DNA of 64,000 bases, taken from the NCBI GenBank assembly GCA_963779415.1, contig CAVZYA010000002.1, forward strand, positions 1,344,001 through 1,408,000, read 5' to 3'. Source of the DNA: an uncultured Acidobacteriota bacterium (GTDB lineage Bacteria; Acidobacteriota; Thermoanaerobaculia; UBA5066). The notes beneath the pieces were generated by a model. That model searched no databases. It was not told the origin of the DNA and was given only the letters and a program-made list of their open reading frames with translations. Of the stretch, positions 8,734 through 19,214 are shown one piece after another. Every line of letters begins with the position of its first letter. Position 1 is the stretch's first letter. The translations under genes and the position numbers were made by a program.

Positions 8734-11061
8734 GTGCCGCTTCGCCGCCTTTCCGGGCCGATCGACCGCCGCGCGGACCCGCCGACGGCGATCGTGCTCC
8801 TTGTTCTGGGAGCCCTCGTCGCGTCGCGTATTCCGGCGCTCGCGCGGTCGCCGGGGGAGATCGACGAGGCGGTCTTCGCCGGGGCGGTGACGCGATTCGA
8901 CCTCTTCCAGCTCTCTCCGCAGGGGCCGGGCTATCCGGTCTGGATACTGATCGGACGGCTGCTCCTCCCTCTTTTCGTGACGCCGTTCAACTCCCTCGCG
9001 ACGGCCTCCACGATCCTCTCCGGCGTCATGCTCCTGTCGCTCTACCTCTGGGGGAGGCGGACGGTGGGCGGATGGGCGGCTCTCGGGGCGACGGTCTTCG
9101 CCGCCGCCCTCCCCGTCGTCTGGGTCAACGGCGGGCGCGCCTTCGCCGACACGCCCGGGACCGCCTTCTGCGTTCTCGCGGCCGGACTCCTGTCGCTCGC
9201 GCTCGAGCGGCGCGGCAGCGAGCCGACGCGCTGGCGCGAGTACGTCGCGGCCCGGCGCGCCCGGATCCTCGCGGCCCTCGCGGGGCTCGCCGCGGCCGCG
9301 GGCTTCGGCGTGAGGCCCCACCTCGTCCTCGGGTTCGGGCTTCTCTTCCTCATCTATGCCGGTCGCCTTCTCTCGCGCGCGGACCGACGCGACGCCGGAG
9401 TGACGTTCCTCGGGTCGGCTCTTGCGGGATCGCTGGCCTGGATCGCCTGGCTCCTCGCCGAAGCGGGGGGACTCGACGGGTTCTGGCGGACCGTGACGGA
9501 ACGAGCCGGCTTCCGTGCCCAGGCCCTCGCGACGGGGCACGTCGGCGGGCTCCTCGACTCCTTCCTCGTCCGCGACCTCGTCTCGCCGCCGAGGGCCCTC
9601 GTCTTCTGGCTCGTGGCCGCGGCGGGCGTCGTGGCGCTCGTCAAGCGGCGAAGCCGCGCCGCGATCGATCTCGCGGCCGTTCTCCTGCCCCTCTTCGGCT
9701 CCCTCTGGTGGCTCCACAACCGGACGATGTCGCGCTACTCGGTCCCCTTCGCCCTCGTGGCGTCCCTTCTCTTCGGCGCCGGGCTCGAAGCGATCTTCCG
9801 GCGGCGGGCGATCGGGTTCCTCGCCGCGGTCGCGGCGGCCGGACTGTTCGTGGTCGGGAATGGACCCGAGGTGCTTCGTTCGGCCGAGGAGACGACGCCC
9901 CCCATGGCGGCCATCGAATACCTCGAGCGGTATACCCATCCGGGGCGCGAGACGATCGTGGCCGACGAGCCGTTCCACGCCTTTCTCCGGATGGAGATCT
10001 GGGAGGGGCGGCTCGCCGTCTGGGGGTACACGACGACGGATTTCATCTCGGGCTACGTCCAGACGAACAAGCGGTTCGTCCGGCTCGCGGACTTCACCGG
10101 AGACCCGGACCCGCAGAGCGCCAGCGACCCCGGATGGAAGACCTGGTCGAAGGGAGGGCGCGTCGCGGAGACTCTCGGAAACGGGAGGCTGCTCTTCGTC
10201 GGGGTCCGGGACCCGGCCCCGCCCCTCTTCGGCCCGGGTTTCGGCGTCACGGAGGAAGTGCCCGGCCAGCCGGCGTTTCACTGGGCAGGTCCGGAGGCGC
10301 GCCTCGTCGTCCCGGGGCTCGAGGGCCCGCCGGTGGCGCTCCTCGCGGGAGAGCGCGACGGTGAAGCCGGAGCGACGACGCTCCGCGTGAGGGAGGCGGA
10401 GACGGGCGCGACCGTCCTCACCCGGGTCCTGGCGCCCGGGCCCTTCGAGCTCGCGATCGTCCCTCGGACGATCGTCGGACCGCTCCCGAAGCCGGTCGTC
10501 TACATCCTCTCCTGCGACCGACCGGTTCCGTTGCCGAAGATCGAAGGAGCCGAGCGGCCGGCGCTCGGCTGCTTCCGTATCCTCGAGTCGACCTTTTCGG
10601 TCCCTCCGGAGAAGCTCTGGGCGCGCCGCGGAGAGCGGTACGAGCTGGACGTAGGGGGACCGTCCGACGGGCGTGCGGGCCTTTCGGGCTTCCACGCGCG
10701 GGAGCGGAACGAGAAGACGGGTCTCGAGATGCGCTGGACCTCCGGGGAGGCGACCGCGATCTTCTCCCCCGTCGCCGGGTTCGTCCCCCGGCGCCTCCTT
10801 CTGCGAGTCCGCCCGCCGGACGGAGACGCCGTTTCCGTCCGGGTCTCCGTCGCGGGCGTCGCCTGCGGGGAGATCCTCGTCCCACCCGGCGAGTTCGAGG
10901 AGCGGCGGCTGGATCTCCCCGAAGCGGCTCGCTCCGCCTTCCGGGGCGCCGATCCGATCCTCCTCTCCCTCGCGTCGCCCACGTGGGTGCCCAGGCTCGC
11001 GGGGAAAGGGGACGACGACCGCCCGCTCGGTGTCGGGCTGACCCGGATCAGCCTCGAGTAG
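8734..11061 (+). CDS. Multi-pass membrane glycosyltransferase-like protein (GT-C/PMT-like) with C-terminal soluble domain
   Basis: N-terminal loop EIDE...PGYP, about 10 TM segments, RY motif, beta-rich C-terminus ending D.R.LG. Confidence 0.65.
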   Translation: MPLRRLSGPIDRRADPPTAIVLLVLGALVASRIPALARSPGEIDEAVFAGAVTRFDLFQLSPQGPGYPVWILIGRLLLPLFVTPFNSLATASTILSGVMLLSLYLWGRRTVGGWAALGATVFAAALPVVWVNGGRAFADTPGTAFCVLAAGLLSLALERRGSEPTRWREYVAARRARILAALAGLAAAAGFGVRPHLVLGFGLLFLIYAGRLLSRADRRDAGVTFLGSALAGSLAWIAWLLAEAGGLDGFWRTVTERAGFRAQALATGHVGGLLDSFLVRDLVSPPRALVFWLVAAAGVVALVKRRSRAAIDLAAVLLPLFGSLWWLHNRTMSRYSVPFALVASLLFGAGLEAIFRRRAIGFLAAVAAAGLFVVGNGPEVLRSAEETTPPMAAIEYLERYTHPGRETIVADEPFHAFLRMEIWEGRLAVWGYTTTDFISGYVQTNKRFVRLADFTGDPDPQSASDPGWKTWSKGGRVAETLGNGRLLFVGVRDPAPPLFGPGFGVTEEVPGQPAFHWAGPEARLVVPGLEGPPVALLAGERDGEAGATTLRVREAETGATVLTRVLAPGPFELAIVPRTIVGPLPKPVVYILSCDRPVPLPKIEGAERPALGCFRILESTFSVPPEKLWARRGERYELDVGGPSDGRAGLSGFHARERNEKTGLEMRWTSGEATAIFSPVAGFVPRRLLLRVRPPDGDAVSVRVSVAGVACGEILVPPGEFEERRLDLPEAARSAFRGADPILLSLASPTWVPRLAGKGDDDRPLGVGLTRISLE

Positions 11062-11329
11062 AGCGGTCGCGAAGGGCGTCGCGGGCAACGGCGGCGAAGG
11101 CGCAAAGGACGAGAAGAACGCCCGCGAGCGCGAGGGCGGTCTCGCCCCACGAGAGCGTCGACAGGCGATCGGACCAGAGCCCGATTCCGAACCCCGTCAG
11201 GAGGATCGCGCCTGCGTAAAGGAGGAGAAAGAGCCGCGCCTTCCGGAAAAGGGCTCGCCGGAGAGCCGGGAAGAGCACGAGAAGGAGGGGCGCCCCGGCG
11301 AGGAGAAGAAGGAGCGCCGCCCGCTTCAT
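11048..11329 (-). CDS. Small membrane protein
   Basis: 93 aa, three hydrophobic segments. Confidence 0.6.
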   Translation of the reverse strand: MKRAALLLLLAGAPLLLVLFPALRRALFRKARLFLLLYAGAILLTGFGIGLWSDRLSTLSWGETALALAGVLLVLCAFAAVARDALRDRSTRG

Positions 11330-11354
11330 CCCGTGGTCCGGGGCCCCACCTCCA

Positions 11355-12878
11355 TCAGGAGGCCTTCGCCGTCAGCTTCGAGTGCTTCCGGCTGTAAGCG
11401 AAGAAGATCACGAGGCCGATGATCAGCCAGATGACGAGCCGCGCCCATGTGTGCCAGCCGAGATTCGTCATGAGATAGAAGCAGGAGAGGGCCCCGAGAA
11501 TCGGGACGAGCGGCACGAGCGGCGTCCGGAAGGGACGGTGGGTCTCCGGATTCGTCCGCCGGAGGATGATGACCGCGAGACAGACGATGACGAAAGCGAG
11601 GAGCGTTCCGATGTTGACCATCTGGCCGAGGTCGTCGATCGGCGTGAACGCGCCGAGCAGGGCGCAGATCATCCCGACGATCCAGGTCATCTTGAAGGGG
11701 GTCCGGTGGCGTTTGTGGACTTCGCCGAACACTTTCCTCGGCAGGAGGCCGTCGCGCGACATGGCGAAGAAGACCCGTGTCTGTCCGAGGAGCATGACGA
11801 GCATGACCGAGGTGAGCCCCGCGAGCGCCCCGCCGGTGATCAGGAAGACGGCCCAGCCGAGGTGGTAGCTCTCGAAGGCTTGCGCGAGCGGGGCCTTCAG
11901 GTCGATCAGGTTCCACTTCGTCATGCCGGTCAGGACGGCCGCCACCGCGATGTAGAGGACCGTACAGATCAGCAGCGAGCCGATGATCCCGAACGGCATG
12001 TCCTTCTGGGGGTTCTTCGCCTCCTGCGCCGTCGTGGAGATGGCGTCGAAGCCGATGTAGGCGAAGAAGATGTAGGCCGCGCCCGAGGCGATCCCGGCGA
12101 AGCCGTTCGGAGCGAAGTCGGACCAGCTGGCACCCCAGTTCACCGGCTTCACGAAGAAGGCGCCGACGAGGATCACCATGACGACGACCGAAGTCTTGAT
12201 AGCCACGATGCTGGAGTTGAATCGCGCCGATTCCTGGATGCCGACGGCGAGGACCGACGTCACGAGGAGCGCGACGAGGAGGGCGAGAAGGTTGAAGACG
12301 ATCGGGATCCCGAAGAGTTCGGGAGGGGCAGGCCAGGCGTGCCCGTCCGCCACCGCCGCCGCGGCGGCACGGCTGTAGGTGATCCAGTCGTTCGTGAGCC
12401 ACTCCGGAAGGTGGACCCCGAACAGCTTCAGGAACTTCGTGAGGTATCCCGACCACCCGACCGAGACCGTGGCCGCCCCCATCATGTACTCGAGGACGAG
12501 ATCCCATCCGATGATCCACGCGAACAGTTCGCCGAGCGTCGCGTAGGCGTAGGTGTACGCCGAGCCGGCGAGCGGGATCATCGACGCGAACTCCGCGTAG
12601 CAGAGGCCGGCGAAGACGCACGCGATCCCCGAGAGGACGAACGAGAGGACGAGCGCGGGGCCCGCCCCGAGAATCTTCACCGTGCCGTCGGCGTTCATGG
12701 AGCCGTGCGCTCCGATCCCGGTCATGACGAAGATGCCGGCGCCGATGATGGCGCCGATGCCGATCGCGACGAGCGACCAGCGTCCCAGTGCGCGTTTCAG
12801 GCTCTGCTCGCCCTCCTCGACGCTCTCCGCGAGGAGATCGGCAATCGGCTTGACGGCGAAGAGGGAGTTTCGGGACAC
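11355..12878 (-). CDS. APC family amino acid permease (cationic amino acid transporter-like)
   Basis: GAIIGAGIF, LCYAEFAS, GSAYTYAY, FFAYIGFD, EAKNPQKD, MSRDGLLP. Confidence 0.93.
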   Translation of the reverse strand: MSRNSLFAVKPIADLLAESVEEGEQSLKRALGRWSLVAIGIGAIIGAGIFVMTGIGAHGSMNADGTVKILGAGPALVLSFVLSGIACVFAGLCYAEFASMIPLAGSAYTYAYATLGELFAWIIGWDLVLEYMMGAATVSVGWSGYLTKFLKLFGVHLPEWLTNDWITYSRAAAAAVADGHAWPAPPELFGIPIVFNLLALLVALLVTSVLAVGIQESARFNSSIVAIKTSVVVMVILVGAFFVKPVNWGASWSDFAPNGFAGIASGAAYIFFAYIGFDAISTTAQEAKNPQKDMPFGIIGSLLICTVLYIAVAAVLTGMTKWNLIDLKAPLAQAFESYHLGWAVFLITGGALAGLTSVMLVMLLGQTRVFFAMSRDGLLPRKVFGEVHKRHRTPFKMTWIVGMICALLGAFTPIDDLGQMVNIGTLLAFVIVCLAVIILRRTNPETHRPFRTPLVPLVPILGALSCFYLMTNLGWHTWARLVIWLIIGLVIFFAYSRKHSKLTAKAS

Positions 12879-12968
12879 GCTTCGACCTCCGCTACCCGCG
12901 TTTCCGGCTTTCCGGGACCGGGAGACGATAACACCACGCGCATAGAATCAAGACCGGAAGGAGCGCGA

Positions 12969-13547
12969 ATGAGCAGTCCCGAGACACCGGTCCTCCCGCT
13001 TTCGGCGATCGCCGAAAAGTTCCGGTCGAAGGTGAAGACGTATCCGGCGAAGACGAACCTCGAAGGCGTGAAGGTGCTCCGTCTCGCCCGGCACGTCGAC
13101 GACCGCGGATTTTTCCAGGAGATCTACCGGGCGAAGGCGGACGCCCCGGGGAGCGAGGCCCTCGCGGATTTCTTCCACGGCTTGCCGGTGGCCCAGATGA
13201 ACTACACGATCGTGGATGCCCCCGACCACGTCAAGGGGCTCCACTACCACCTCAAGCAGCGGGACGTCTGGTTCTGCCCGCACCCGTCCAAGGCGAAGTT
13301 CGTCCTCCTCGACGTCCGAAAGGCGTCGCCGACGTTCGGAAAGAGCCAGGTGATCGTGGCCGGGGACGGACTGGACCTCCTCGTCGGGATCCCCGAGGGG
13401 GTCGCCCACGGATACCGTCCGCTGACGAATCCCTGCGCCCTCTTCTACATCGTCACGCGGACCTTCGATGCGAAGGACCCCGACGAGTACCGGATCGCGT
13501 GGGACCATCCGGCGGTGAAGGACCTCTGGGACGTGCCGAACGGCTGA
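12969..13547 (+). CDS. dTDP-4-dehydrorhamnose 3,5-epimerase (RmlC)-family cupin, stand-alone
   Basis: DDRGFFQE, KGLHYH, DVRKASPTFG, IPEGVAHGY; SD GGAG upstream. Confidence 0.85.
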   Translation: MSSPETPVLPLSAIAEKFRSKVKTYPAKTNLEGVKVLRLARHVDDRGFFQEIYRAKADAPGSEALADFFHGLPVAQMNYTIVDAPDHVKGLHYHLKQRDVWFCPHPSKAKFVLLDVRKASPTFGKSQVIVAGDGLDLLVGIPEGVAHGYRPLTNPCALFYIVTRTFDAKDPDEYRIAWDHPAVKDLWDVPNG

Positions 13548-13562
13548 TTGGCCGGCTGGGTG

Positions 13563-15963
13563 TCAGCTCGGGGAGGGGATTCCGAGCTTCTTCACGAGCG
13601 CCACGAAGCGGGGATCGCCGCGGATCGGGTCGAATCCGCGTTCGACGTTGAGGTAGACGAGCCGCCCCGCCCCCTCGTCGTAGGCCCGCTCCAGCGCGTC
13701 GAGCGCCTCCTTCCGGCGGTCGAGGCCGAGATTCAGGATCGCGACGGGCAACGCCGAGACGAACTCCTTCGCGCTCGCCCGTTCGAGCTCCCCGAGGAGC
13801 GCCTCGGCCTCGGCGCGCTTCCCCGTCCGGGCGAGGCCGAATCCGAGGAAGGCGAGCGCGTCGGGGTTCCGGTCCGAGATCTTGACCAGGGTCCGCCACT
13901 CGGCGATCGCCTCGTCCGGCTTCCCGAGCCTCAGGTTCGCGAGACCGAGGTAGGCGTGCCCCAGCCGTAGCCCGGCTCGATCTTCAGCGCCCGGCTGAGC
14001 CCCTCGTGGGCGGTTTCGTTGTCCCCCTGCCAGTACGAGGCGAGCGCGGCGTCCACCGCCACGACGTGGCTCAACGGGTCAAGCTCCTTGCCCGGCGGAT
14101 CCGCTCGAGCGCCTCCGTGTGGCGTCCCGCGGCGGAGAGGAGGTTCGAGTACCACTGCAGCGTCTGGACGTCGTTCGGATTCAGCTCGAGAGCGCGGCGG
14201 AACTCCGTTTCGGCGCGGGACCAGTCGTGCTCGTACTGGTAGGAGAGGTCCGCAAGGGAGGCGTGGGCGCTCGCGAGCGAGGGGTCGATCCGGAGGGCGC
14301 GCTCGGCGGCTTCGCGCTGGCGAGGGAAGACCTCGCGTGGCGGAAGCGCACCGTAATAAGCAATGAGATTCCACGTGTCCGCGAGGCCCAGCCAGGCCAC
14401 CGCTTCGTTCGGGTCGCGGGAGAGCGCCTCCTGGAAGAGCCGGACCGCCTTTTCGAAGCCGTCCGCGCTTCGACGGGAGAGCGCGTAGCGTCCCCGGAGG
14501 CAGAGGTCCCACGCCACGGCGTCGTGAGGAGGTCCGACGACCCGCTTCTCCTCCTCGCCGGTGAGGCGCGGGCGAATGGAGCGCGCGATCTGCCGGGCGA
14601 TCTCCGACTCGGCCGTCACCCGGTCGTTCGGCCGGTCGACGATCCGTTCCCCCCAGATCTGCGCGCCGCTCCGGACGTCGATGAAATCGGCCTGCACGAC
14701 GAGATCGGCGCCGCGACGCATCAGCCGGCCGGTGACGACGGCCTGGACGCCGAGGTCGCGCCCCGAGCGCTGAGGGTCGGCCGGGCCGGCGCCCCGCGAT
14801 CCGGACGGGAGCGACTTGACCGTGAGGCGCGGAAGTGTCGAGAGGCTGTTGCGCAGGGAGTCCCCGATCCCGTCGGAGAGGTAGTCGTCCTCGCGGTTCC
14901 CCGTCTCGTTCGCAAAGGGGAGGACGGCGAGTGACACGATGCTCTCGCGGTGTGGCCCGCGGAGGGCGACGAAGAGGAGAGCGCCCGCGGCCGAAGCGAA
15001 GAGGACTCCCCCCACGAGCGTCCGGCGGCGCGGAAGGACGCGCGTCGGCGCCGCCGGAGGCGGTGCGGGGCGGGAGGGAGCGGGCGTCGGGTGCGGGCTC
15101 TCCCCGTGCGGCGGCGTGGCGAGCGCGACCCGGAGGGTGAACGCAAGGTCCCCGGCCGTCTGGAAGCGGCGGTCGGGCGATTTCTCGAGACAGCGGAGGA
15201 TGAGGAGACGGACTTCCTCGGGGAGGCCGGGGGCGAGATCGGCCGGGTCGGTCGCGTCGTGCCGGAGCGTCGCCGTCAGCGCTTCGGCCGCGGTCTCGCC
15301 GGAGAAGGCGCGTTTTCCCGTCACCATCTCGTAGAGGACGCAGCCGAGGGAGAAGATGTCGGACCGGCCATCGACGGGCTTGTGGCGGATCTGCTCCGGC
15401 GAGACGAAGCCCGGGGTCCCCACGAGCGCGTCCGTGGCCGTCAGCTCCGTCGAGCCGAGCGTCACGCCGTCGACGACGGACCCGGAAGAGACGGTCGCGA
15501 TTCCGAAGTCGAGGATCTTCACCCGGCCGTCGGACGTGAGAAAGATGTTCGAGGGCTTGACGTCGCGGTGGACGACGCCGCGGGCGTGGGCGGCCGCGAG
15601 GCCGTCGGCGGCGGCGAGGCCGAACTCGACGGCCTTCCGCCAGGGGAGCGGGCCGGACTTGAGCCGCTCCGAGAGCGATTCCCCTTCGAGCAGCTCCGTG
15701 ACGGCGTACGAGATCCCGGCCGCCTCGCCGACGTCGTGAATGTCGAGGAGGTTCGGATGAGAGAGCGCGGCGATAGCCCGGGCCTCGACCTCGAAGCGCG
15801 CGCGGGCGGTCGGATCGGTCGCGAGCCCTTCCGGGAGGACTTTGACCGCCACTTCCCGTCCGAGCCGGAGGTCGCGGGCGCGGTAAACCTCGCCCATTCC
15901 CCCCGCGCCGAGGGGGGCGAGGACCTCATACGCCCCAAGGCGTGTTCCCTCGCGAAGCGGCAA
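13563..15963 (-). CDS. Hanks Ser/Thr kinase + TolB-N-like + TPR protein, two apparent 1-nt frameshifts (about 14090 and 13960)
   Basis: LGAGGMGEVY, VAVK, HRDVKPSN, DFG, SPEQ, SLAVLPFAN, TPRs; C-terminus reassembles across three frames. Confidence 0.88.
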
Positions 15964-16010
15964 CGCTCTCTCCCGGACGAAGTCGAACGATTGTAGCCCC
16001 GCGTCCCGTG

Positions 16011-17306
16011 TCAGAAGGTCTTCGTGAAGGAGAACCAGAAGGCGTTCCGGCCCCGCGTAATACTCTCGCCGCTCAGGCTCTCGAGGTCGAAGTTCCTCTC
16101 GAAGAAGATCTCGAGGGCGCTGGACCAGAAGAACCCGCTCGTGACGCCGGCGGCGACGCCGTTCAGCCATCCCGTTCGTGCCGCCACCGTACCGTCCGGC
16201 ATCAGGCGCGGGCGGTCGACGCGCGCCACAGTCCCGCGGACCGAGAGGAAGAGGAAGAGGAGCGCCTCGAAGCGGTACTCCAGGCTCGCGAGGGCGTAGC
16301 CGCGGGAGACGATCTCGTCGAGCGCGGCGGCCGGGATGACCGGTCGGGCGAGCGTCTCGGCGTCGCCGGCGTTCGACCCGCCGGAGAGGCGGAACGCCGA
16401 GAAGCGGTCGAGATTCGAGCCGGTTCCCGCCCAGCCCCCGAGGACGAGGCGATGACGCTCGCCCGGGACGAAGGGGACGGGCACGGCGGCCATCACGAAC
16501 CCGCGGATCGAGGTCCAGGAGGCGGTATCGGAGCCGCGGAGGGATCCGGAAGCCGGGTCTCCCCACTCCTGCCAGCCGGCGCGGTGCGCCGCGATCGCGT
16601 CGAGCCCGGCGCCCCATCCGGAGTGGGGAAGCTCGAGGAGGTTCCGCTGGAACGAGTCGGCGTGGAACCGGAGGTGGCCGCGCCCCTCGTAAACGTCCGC
16701 CGGCGGGACGAACGACGGATCGGTCCTCTCCCCGGCCGAGAAGAAGAGGCCGCCGGCTTCGTACGTCAGAGCGACTTCCGCGACGTTCTCGGGGTGGAAC
16801 GGGGTGACCGCGATCCGCCAGCCGAGCCCGAGGCCCGCGCGCACCGTCCCCCACTTCATCTCCTCCGCGGAGAGACGCGCGCCGTCCACGTACTCCGATC
16901 GCGCCCAGGGGATCGTGACGTTCTCGAACGTGGCGACGACGTCGAATGCCGGCGCGATCCGCCGGCTGTATCGGACGTCGTCGTAGATGCCGAGGAACTC
17001 GCCCCGGAAGCGGGTGAGACCGGACTGGGGATAGCGCCAGAGGAGCAGGGTGGCGGCCGGCGAAAGAATCTCGCCGCCCGGGGCGTCCGGGGCCCACTCG
17101 AGGCCGGCGTAGGCCTCCGTTACGCGGTGACGGTCCCGCGCGGGGACGTCGATTGTCGTCCCGAAGAGGGTGACGGTGCAGGCCTCCCCGGCGAGCGGCG
17201 TCCGGCGCTCGTCGGCGCGGGCCTGCAGGCCGGCAAGAAGGAGAAAGAGTGGCAGGAGCCGTCCTGCCCGCCGCGTCATTACGCGCGTCCGGGAGAGTCG
17301 CATCAT
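16011..17306 (-). CDS. Putative outer-membrane beta-barrel protein
   Basis: Signal peptide, amphipathic strand pattern, C-terminal FWFSFTKTF (terminal Phe). Confidence 0.6.
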   Translation of the reverse strand: MMRLSRTRVMTRRAGRLLPLFLLLAGLQARADERRTPLAGEACTVTLFGTTIDVPARDRHRVTEAYAGLEWAPDAPGGEILSPAATLLLWRYPQSGLTRFRGEFLGIYDDVRYSRRIAPAFDVVATFENVTIPWARSEYVDGARLSAEEMKWGTVRAGLGLGWRIAVTPFHPENVAEVALTYEAGGLFFSAGERTDPSFVPPADVYEGRGHLRFHADSFQRNLLELPHSGWGAGLDAIAAHRAGWQEWGDPASGSLRGSDTASWTSIRGFVMAAVPVPFVPGERHRLVLGGWAGTGSNLDRFSAFRLSGGSNAGDAETLARPVIPAAALDEIVSRGYALASLEYRFEALLFLFLSVRGTVARVDRPRLMPDGTVAARTGWLNGVAAGVTSGFFWSSALEIFFERNFDLESLSGESITRGRNAFWFSFTKTF

Positions 17307-17355
17307 GAGTGCCGACCTCCGGAAAGCATCATGGTCCCGGGCTGCCCCTGAAGTC

Positions 17356-17387
17356 TCAGGTTTTTTACAGGAATCCTCTGGTAGATT
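17356..17387 (+). promoter_or_regulatory. Three (T/A)C(A/T)GG direct repeats at 10-11 bp spacing plus -10-like TAGATT, between divergent genes
   Basis: TCAGG 17356, ACAGG 17367, TCTGG 17377; TAGATT 17382-17387. Confidence 0.4.
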
Positions 17388-17397
17388 TCAATTGTCC

Positions 17398-18063
17398 GTG
17401 CGCTGGCGATTCGGCGATTGCGTCCTCGACGGGGAGAGCCGGGAGCTGCTCCGGCAGGGAAGCCCCGTCCCTCTCTCTCCCAAGGCGTTCCACCTCCTCG
17501 AGCTTCTCCTCGAAAAGCGCCCGAAGGCGCTCTCGAAGGACGAGCTGAAGGACGCCCTCTGGCCCGACACGTTCGTCGTCGAGACGAACCTCGCGAATCT
17601 CGCGGCCGAGGTGCGCGAGGCGATCGGCGAGAAGGGGGAGCGGGACGGCCGTCTCCGGACCGTCCACGGCTTCGGTTACGCGTTCTCGGGCGAAGCCGTG
17701 GAGGAGCGCCGAGCGGCGGCTCCCGCCCCGCGAAGCTTCTGCGCCTTCGAGCGCGACGGACACCGCCTTCCGCTCCACGAAGGCGAGAACATTCTCGGGC
17801 GCGACCCGGCGGCCGACGTCGTCCTCGACGACGACACCGTCTCCCGCCGTCACGCGCGGGTCGTCGTGGCGGCTGGCTCGGCGGTCCTTTCGGACCTCGG
17901 GAGCAAGAACGGAACGTATCTCCGGGGCCGCCGCCTCGAGGAGACCGCGGAGCTGACGGACCGGGACGAGATTCTCGTCGGCTCCGTCCTCCTCGTCTTC
18001 TCGGCGCCCGACCCGGACCGCCCCACGGCCACGCGGACCGACCGGCCCGCGCCGGAAGGCTGA
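17398..18063 (+). CDS. OmpR-type winged-helix + FHA domain transcriptional regulator
   Basis: WRFGDCVLD, LSPKAFHLL, LRTVHGFGYAF (Trans_reg_C); ILGR, VSRRHA, LGSKNGT (FHA). Confidence 0.9.
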   Translation: MRWRFGDCVLDGESRELLRQGSPVPLSPKAFHLLELLLEKRPKALSKDELKDALWPDTFVVETNLANLAAEVREAIGEKGERDGRLRTVHGFGYAFSGEAVEERRAAAPAPRSFCAFERDGHRLPLHEGENILGRDPAADVVLDDDTVSRRHARVVVAAGSAVLSDLGSKNGTYLRGRRLEETAELTDRDEILVGSVLLVFSAPDPDRPTATRTDRPAPEG

Positions 18064-18101
18064 GGAGCCCTCAGCTCGCACCTCGGATCGTCCTTCTGGC
18101 A

Positions 18102-18255
18102 GCCTAACTCCCTCGGAAGAAGCGGGAAGCCGCGAGCGTAAACTCGGGTGCGGAAAAAGGGTTCCCATGAACCTGTTCGTCAACGCTCGCCGGGATAGGC
18201 TGCAGCCAGCGCAGCCCAAGCACTTTCCCTCCCGGCGGCCGAATACTTGTTAGGC
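18102..18255 (+). mobile_element. attC-like integron recombination site
   Basis: GCCTAAC (18102-18108) exactly complementary to GTTAGGC (18249-18255); partial inner pairing TCGG/CCGA; 154 bp, longer than typical. Confidence 0.55.
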
Positions 18256-18274
18256 GCCCGCAGAAAGGCCCTCT

Positions 18275-18685
18275 ATGCGTCACACCGCTTGGTACTCTCG
18301 CTTTGCAACTACGGCGTCACGCTTCTGCGGCCGACCCCGCGTGTTCGCCCTAGCGGTTGGCGTCATTGCCGCCTGGATAGCCACCGGGCCCGTCTTCGGC
18401 TTCAGTGACACCTGGCAGCTCGTCATCAACACGGGCACCACGATCGTCACCTTTCTCATGGTGTTTCTGATTCAGAACACGCAGACCCGCGATACCGAGG
18501 CCATCCAGGTCAAGCTCGACGAGCTCATTCGCTCAACCAAGGGCGCGCACAACGCCCTTCTTGATCTGGAGGAACTCGAGGAGGAAAGCCTCAACGCTTT
18601 CCGCACCAAGTATCAAGCCCTCGCCGCAGCGGCGAGAGCCGAGCTGGTCCATGGCATTCAGGACACCGGAACTCCAGAGCCATGA
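18275..18685 (+). CDS. Low-affinity iron permease (Fet4-like) family protein, cassette-like
   Basis: FSDTWQLVINTGTTIVTFLMVFLIQNTQ..D..AIQVKLDELI signature; starts 20 nt after GTTAGGC. Confidence 0.9.
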   Translation: MRHTAWYSRFATTASRFCGRPRVFALAVGVIAAWIATGPVFGFSDTWQLVINTGTTIVTFLMVFLIQNTQTRDTEAIQVKLDELIRSTKGAHNALLDLEELEEESLNAFRTKYQALAAAARAELVHGIQDTGTPEP

Positions 18686-18697
18686 GAAACGGCGCCC

Positions 18698-18749
18698 GAA
18701 CGATCGGGCACATAGGTGACACTTTAGTCCAGGGACATGGGTGACACTT
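18698..18749 (+). mobile_element. IS481-family-like terminal sequence
   Basis: Direct repeats ACATAGGTGACACTT (18710-18724) and ACATGGGTGACACTT (18735-18749); family assignment from recalled IS481 end architecture. Confidence 0.6.
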
Positions 18750-19214
18750 ATCAACCGTCACCTCGCCGTCGTAATGGACCGGCACTCCCGAAGGGTCGTC
18801 GGCTGGAGCCTGGGCCGGAATCGGGACGCTTTCCTCACCCGGCGTGCCCTGGCTCACGCCGTCCGATGGCGGCGCCCCTCTCCCGGCGTCACCTTCCACT
18901 GCGACCGGGGAATCGAGTACTCGGCCTTCCACCTCGGAGCCGAACTGTCCCGCCGGGGATTCGTCCAGAGCATGAATCGCCCGCGGCAAATGAACGACAA
19001 CGCCCACATGGAGTCGTTCTTTCATTCGCTGAAGACCGAGTGGCTCTTCGGGATGACGTTCCAGACGGACTCCGACCTCCGGGCGGCTCTCCTCGACTAC
19101 GTCCGCTTCTACAATCGACGGCGGCTCCATTCGTCGCTTGGGTACGTTCCTCCGGCCGTGTTCGAAGCCCAGGTCCCTATCTACAAGGGTGTCAACTAAA
19201 CCGAAGCAAGAGCC
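18750..19214 (+). pseudogene. IS3-family transposase 3' fragment (DDE core) with right end
   Basis: LAVVMDRHSRRVVGW, FHCDRGIEY, DNAHMESFFHSLKTE, YNRRRLHSSLGY; N-terminus and OrfA absent; IR-like GGTGTCAACTAAACCGAAGCAAGA. Confidence 0.9.

Noticed and set aside
13940-14100. Programmed frameshifting in the kinase TPR region
   Set aside because: No slippery heptamer or stimulatory structure; single missing bases in short A/G runs fit sequencing error
14071-17097. 1008-aa kinase with a long N-terminal extension
   Set aside because: The extension is the off-frame reading of the 16011-17306 gene; the kinase starts near TTG 15963
18741-19199. Intact active IS3 element
   Set aside because: OrfA, the left end and the N-terminal half of OrfB are missing; the apparent GTG start lies inside the IS481-like repeat
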